64,000 bases of DNA from Candidatus Poribacteria bacterium. Its GTDB lineage: Bacteria; Poribacteria; WGA-4E; PCPOR2b. The stretch is from the NCBI GenBank assembly GCA_965215015.1, contig OZ244042.1:1984001-2048000 (forward strand). Direction: 5' to 3'. Made by a program: the position numbers and the translations under genes. This document shows positions 60,835-64,000 of the stretch, piece after piece (the first letter of the stretch is position 1; the number at the start of each line of letters is the position of its first letter). The notes below the pieces were generated by a model that was given only the letters and a program-made list of their open reading frames with translations, ran no database searches and was not told the DNA's origin.

Positions 60835-61437
60835 TTAACCTTTTTCACGAATCTTGACCGCCATGATCTGGTCCCCGACTGCGATGCTGTCGATCACCTC
60901 CAACCCTTTCGTAACCTTCCCAAATAGGGTGTAATCGCTGTCTAAAATAATCGTGTCGAGACAGATGAAGAATTGAGCGGCATCTGCTACAGTGGCCCCC
61001 GGTGCCTTTGCCATAGCGAGAATCCCTCTCACCGGTTGGTGGTCACTCGTCTCAATCGCTATCGTGTCTTCGATGGGAAAACGCGATCCGGCTTGAATCA
61101 GCTTTCCGGACTCAACGCGATGGAATTTCCCATGGTTATAATATTCCAACCGCGCATTCTTTAGAAAGTTTTCTACGGTTTTGGGCGCAACGTCCGCGAA
61201 AAACTCGACCTCAATTGCCCCCTTGTCTGTCTCAATGACAGCCATCGCGTTGTGGATGTCAATTTTTGATTTCGCTGCTTGCATCGTGTCAGCCGATACT
61301 GTCGGACGCGCCTTCGGCTTTGGTGGACCCTTCTGTTCCTGTGAACAGCTGACAAGGTATACGGTAAACAATGCTGCGAGGAGCATCACAGTAAAACGTT
61401 CAATGTAGCTTCGTCGGTTTTTATTCTGAAGTAACAT
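60835..61437 (-). CDS. Cyclophilin-type PPIase lipoprotein (divergent)
   Basis: LVSC lipobox, APKTVENF, FHRV, AMAK, AQFFI, YTLFGKV. Confidence 0.88.
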   Translation of the reverse strand: MLLQNKNRRSYIERFTVMLLAALFTVYLVSCSQEQKGPPKPKARPTVSADTMQAAKSKIDIHNAMAVIETDKGAIEVEFFADVAPKTVENFLKNARLEYYNHGKFHRVESGKLIQAGSRFPIEDTIAIETSDHQPVRGILAMAKAPGATVADAAQFFICLDTIILDSDYTLFGKVTKGLEVIDSIAVGDQIMAVKIREKG

Positions 61438-61996
61438 ATTTTGACTTCGCCTCCAATCGAACTTTTTTCATTACGTCGCCGACCCTCAACAGATCTACGA
61501 CCTCCATACCCTGAATAACTTGACCAAATGTTGTGTACCGGCCATCTAAATGCGGTTGTGCTTTTAGACATATATAAAACTGACTTCCTGCCGAGTTGGG
61601 GTTGCCTGTGTTTGCCATGGCAATTGTCCCTCGTTGATGCGGGAGCTGATTCGGGTGGGTGTGCTCATCAATGATGGTATATCCGGGTCCACCCGTTCCA
61701 TCCCCGTTCGGATCACCTCCCTGAATGATATTCAAACCTGGTTTATCCACTCTACGATGAAATGTGAGCCAATCGTAGAACTTTTTCTTAATTAGATTTC
61801 TAAAATTATCAACTGTGGCAGGTGCTGCGTCCGAATATAATTCAATGACAACTTTTCCTTTGTCTGTTGTTATCACAGCGACCTGCTCTTCTTCCATCAT
61901 TTTACCACCACCACTTGAGGCGGCACAACCAATCCAAGTGGATAGCGGAAATAGTATAGCAAGTACGGAAATGGTGAGCAGAATACGTTTTCGCAT
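61421..61996 (-). CDS. Cyclophilin-type PPIase lipoprotein
   Basis: WIGC lipobox, FHRR, IQGGDP, AMAN, GSQFYI, HLDGRYTTFG. Confidence 0.93.
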   Translation of the reverse strand: MRKRILLTISVLAILFPLSTWIGCAASSGGGKMMEEEQVAVITTDKGKVVIELYSDAAPATVDNFRNLIKKKFYDWLTFHRRVDKPGLNIIQGGDPNGDGTGGPGYTIIDEHTHPNQLPHQRGTIAMANTGNPNSAGSQFYICLKAQPHLDGRYTTFGQVIQGMEVVDLLRVGDVMKKVRLEAKSKYVTSE

Positions 61997-62334
61997 CACT
62001 ACCTCTTTCCTCATTGTTAGGGGCACTCTGTCTCAGCGTTCGCCGGAGCAAACGCTAATTGCATATAGACGTAGAGCAGACGTTCATCTGCACGGTCTCA
62101 GAAGGAACTCCGCACCAATTAAATCACATTGGGTGCTAGCATAGCAAAGATTAACAGAAAAGTCAAGATTTTCGTGAGATCAAGTAGGTTCATTGGGGCA
62201 TCAGTTCAGAGACTTTTGTAGGTCGATTTGCCAAAATCAACATTTCTTCCCAATGGTTACAGCGTTTGTCGAATTGGCGACAAACAAAATGTCAACACGC
62301 TCTTGCCTATTTCAGCTAGATTAGCACAGCGTGG

Positions 62335-62363
62335 TTGATTTATCAACGGTTTTTTGATATAAT
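62335..62363 (+). promoter_or_regulatory. Sigma70 promoter
   Basis: TTGATT-17 nt-TATAAT with extended -10 TG. Confidence 0.55.
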
Positions 62364-62466
62364 GATCTGAAGGGAGGAAAATGGGAAGCCGAGAAAACGG
62401 GAGAAAAATTTAATGCGAAGACGCAGAGGAGGGTTCATTGATTTTGCGAGTCATAGGAGTAAAAGG

Positions 62467-63858
62467 ATGGAATATGATTTAACCTTAAACATATCACGTT
62501 TCACGCATCACGTTTCGCAGTTTGCGCTGCTGATTGCGCTTCTCGGAGGTGTGATTGGATGCAGCGGGAAGGACGAATCGCTCCAGCAAAGCGAGGCGTT
62601 GATCCGTTCAGGGATGCATCCGGAAGCGATTAACCTGTTGGACAAGATTCTCGCCGTGGATGACCGGAACCCCAAGGCGCGGTTTCTATTAGGTCAAGCC
62701 TATGAGGGCTTGGGCAGCTATGACGAAGCGGTCCGCCATTACCGGACAGCCATTAATCTCTACCCCGCTCATCCCGAAGACCGAGCGATGGTGCGGCTTA
62801 GGTTAGCAAAGGTGTATCTAAAACAGGGGGTTCGGGAATCAGGATACCGTGAGCTGCGGGCGATTGTTCAATCTACGTCGGACAGTGCAATCCTACAGCA
62901 GATAGCAGGACTCATCACGGATGCGTATCAGGTGGAGCAGTTAACCAGTGGCAAGTCGGATAACTATTCGCCTCGATTTTCGGCGGACGGTTCGCAGCTC
63001 GCGTTTGCGTCGTATCGGTTGGATAACGGTGAGATTTTCGTCATGGATGTAGATGGGCGTGTGCGGCATCGAGTGACCTTCACGACCGACTTCGATGAAG
63101 GAGAGCCCGCGTTCCTTAGCAATTCGCGCTATCTCATCTATAGTCGTGAACCGCAGACCGCGCGTCAGGTGAAGATTTTGTTGCAGAGCAGCGGATCGAC
63201 GCCAATCTACGCGGGTTTCTATGCGTCGCACATCTATAGCAGGGTTACACAGGAGATAATGCCCGTTGGGTTCGGCGTCCGATCGCTGGGGTTATCGCCG
63301 GATCGGCAGCGTGTGGCTTACGAATCGAATAGTGCCGGCAATTTAGAGTTGTATACGCTCGATCTGAGAGGCGTAGATCTGGGGGCGATTGATCCGGCGG
63401 TGATTCCGTCCCAGCAGATCACTCACAACCAAGTGGATGATGGCAGTCCGACCTTTTTCCCTGATGGCAAACGGATTGTGTTTGTCTCGGCGCGACCTGA
63501 TGACTCGGAGAACGGTCAGGAGCGGCATCAGATTTATAGCATCAATATCGATGGTAGCGATGAAAGGCGTCTGAATCCGAACCCATATGACTGTTATAGT
63601 CCTGTAGTTTCGCCGGACGGGGGGGCTATTGCTTTTGTCTCGGCACGGGAGGGGGATATTGAGATTTACCTGATGGATGCGGACGGATCGAATGAACGAC
63701 GGTTGACGAATGGGATTGGTGCCTCGATGCAGCCGGCGTTTTCGCCGGATTCGAGGGTCTTGGCGTTTGTCTCGGATCGCAGTGACACCTTCCAGATTTA
63801 TTTGATGTACCTTGACCGACCGGTAACACGGAGGGATTTGCTCCGGCACCTAGAGTAA
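62467..63858 (+). CDS. TPR plus TolB-like (PD40) repeat lipoprotein
   Basis: VIGC lipobox; TPR helices; repeated P.(F/V)SPDG..IAFVS.R. Confidence 0.9.
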   Translation: MEYDLTLNISRFTHHVSQFALLIALLGGVIGCSGKDESLQQSEALIRSGMHPEAINLLDKILAVDDRNPKARFLLGQAYEGLGSYDEAVRHYRTAINLYPAHPEDRAMVRLRLAKVYLKQGVRESGYRELRAIVQSTSDSAILQQIAGLITDAYQVEQLTSGKSDNYSPRFSADGSQLAFASYRLDNGEIFVMDVDGRVRHRVTFTTDFDEGEPAFLSNSRYLIYSREPQTARQVKILLQSSGSTPIYAGFYASHIYSRVTQEIMPVGFGVRSLGLSPDRQRVAYESNSAGNLELYTLDLRGVDLGAIDPAVIPSQQITHNQVDDGSPTFFPDGKRIVFVSARPDDSENGQERHQIYSINIDGSDERRLNPNPYDCYSPVVSPDGGAIAFVSAREGDIEIYLMDADGSNERRLTNGIGASMQPAFSPDSRVLAFVSDRSDTFQIYLMYLDRPVTRRDLLRHLE

Positions 63859-64000
63859 ATGAAAACGAAAGAGCAAGGAGGCGAGAGGATTATTTTACGC
63901 AATAGTCCAACAACACCGAAAGGACACCGAGTGGAGATAACGGGAAAACGGCAGGTTGGATTCGTAGAGCTCCCTACCCGTTGGGCTTGGGAACCAAGCC

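Noticed and set aside
1-64000. CRISPR array or cas genes
   Set aside because: No regularly spaced 23-47-nt repeats with unique spacers and no Cas motifs; the repeats seen are dispersed or coding.

Overview
A 64-kb bacterial chromosomal window. Gene content (PhyH dioxygenase, several enolase-superfamily and Gfo/Idh/MocA enzymes, internalin-like LRR, VWA and repeat proteins, MITE-filled intergenic spaces) suggests the sponge symbiont Candidatus Poribacteria; this is inference only. The backbone is housekeeping and catabolic genes (mtnA, UbiD-family decarboxylase, uvrB, class A PBP, HrpB-like helicase, PpiD-like chaperone, tRNA-Leu(GAG), menC-like, dapF, MEMO1/AmrB, cyclophilins) plus a type II R-M pair. 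The most interesting part is the first 14 kb. (1) Two loci each pair a small secreted Ser/Gly/Ala-rich protein with a membrane-anchored partner of one uncharacterised family, and each partner gene is preceded by a hairpin; locus 1 has a second, orphan partner, giving a polymorphic effector/immunity-like layout. (2) Locus 2 sits in a 3.4-kb element bounded by a perfect 21-bp direct repeat that hides a broken Cre-like tyrosine recombinase. (3) A catalytically degenerate, basic pyrophosphatase homologue lies upstream of mtnA behind a ~250-nt structured leader. All calls come from reading the sequence and recalling family motifs; no database search was run.
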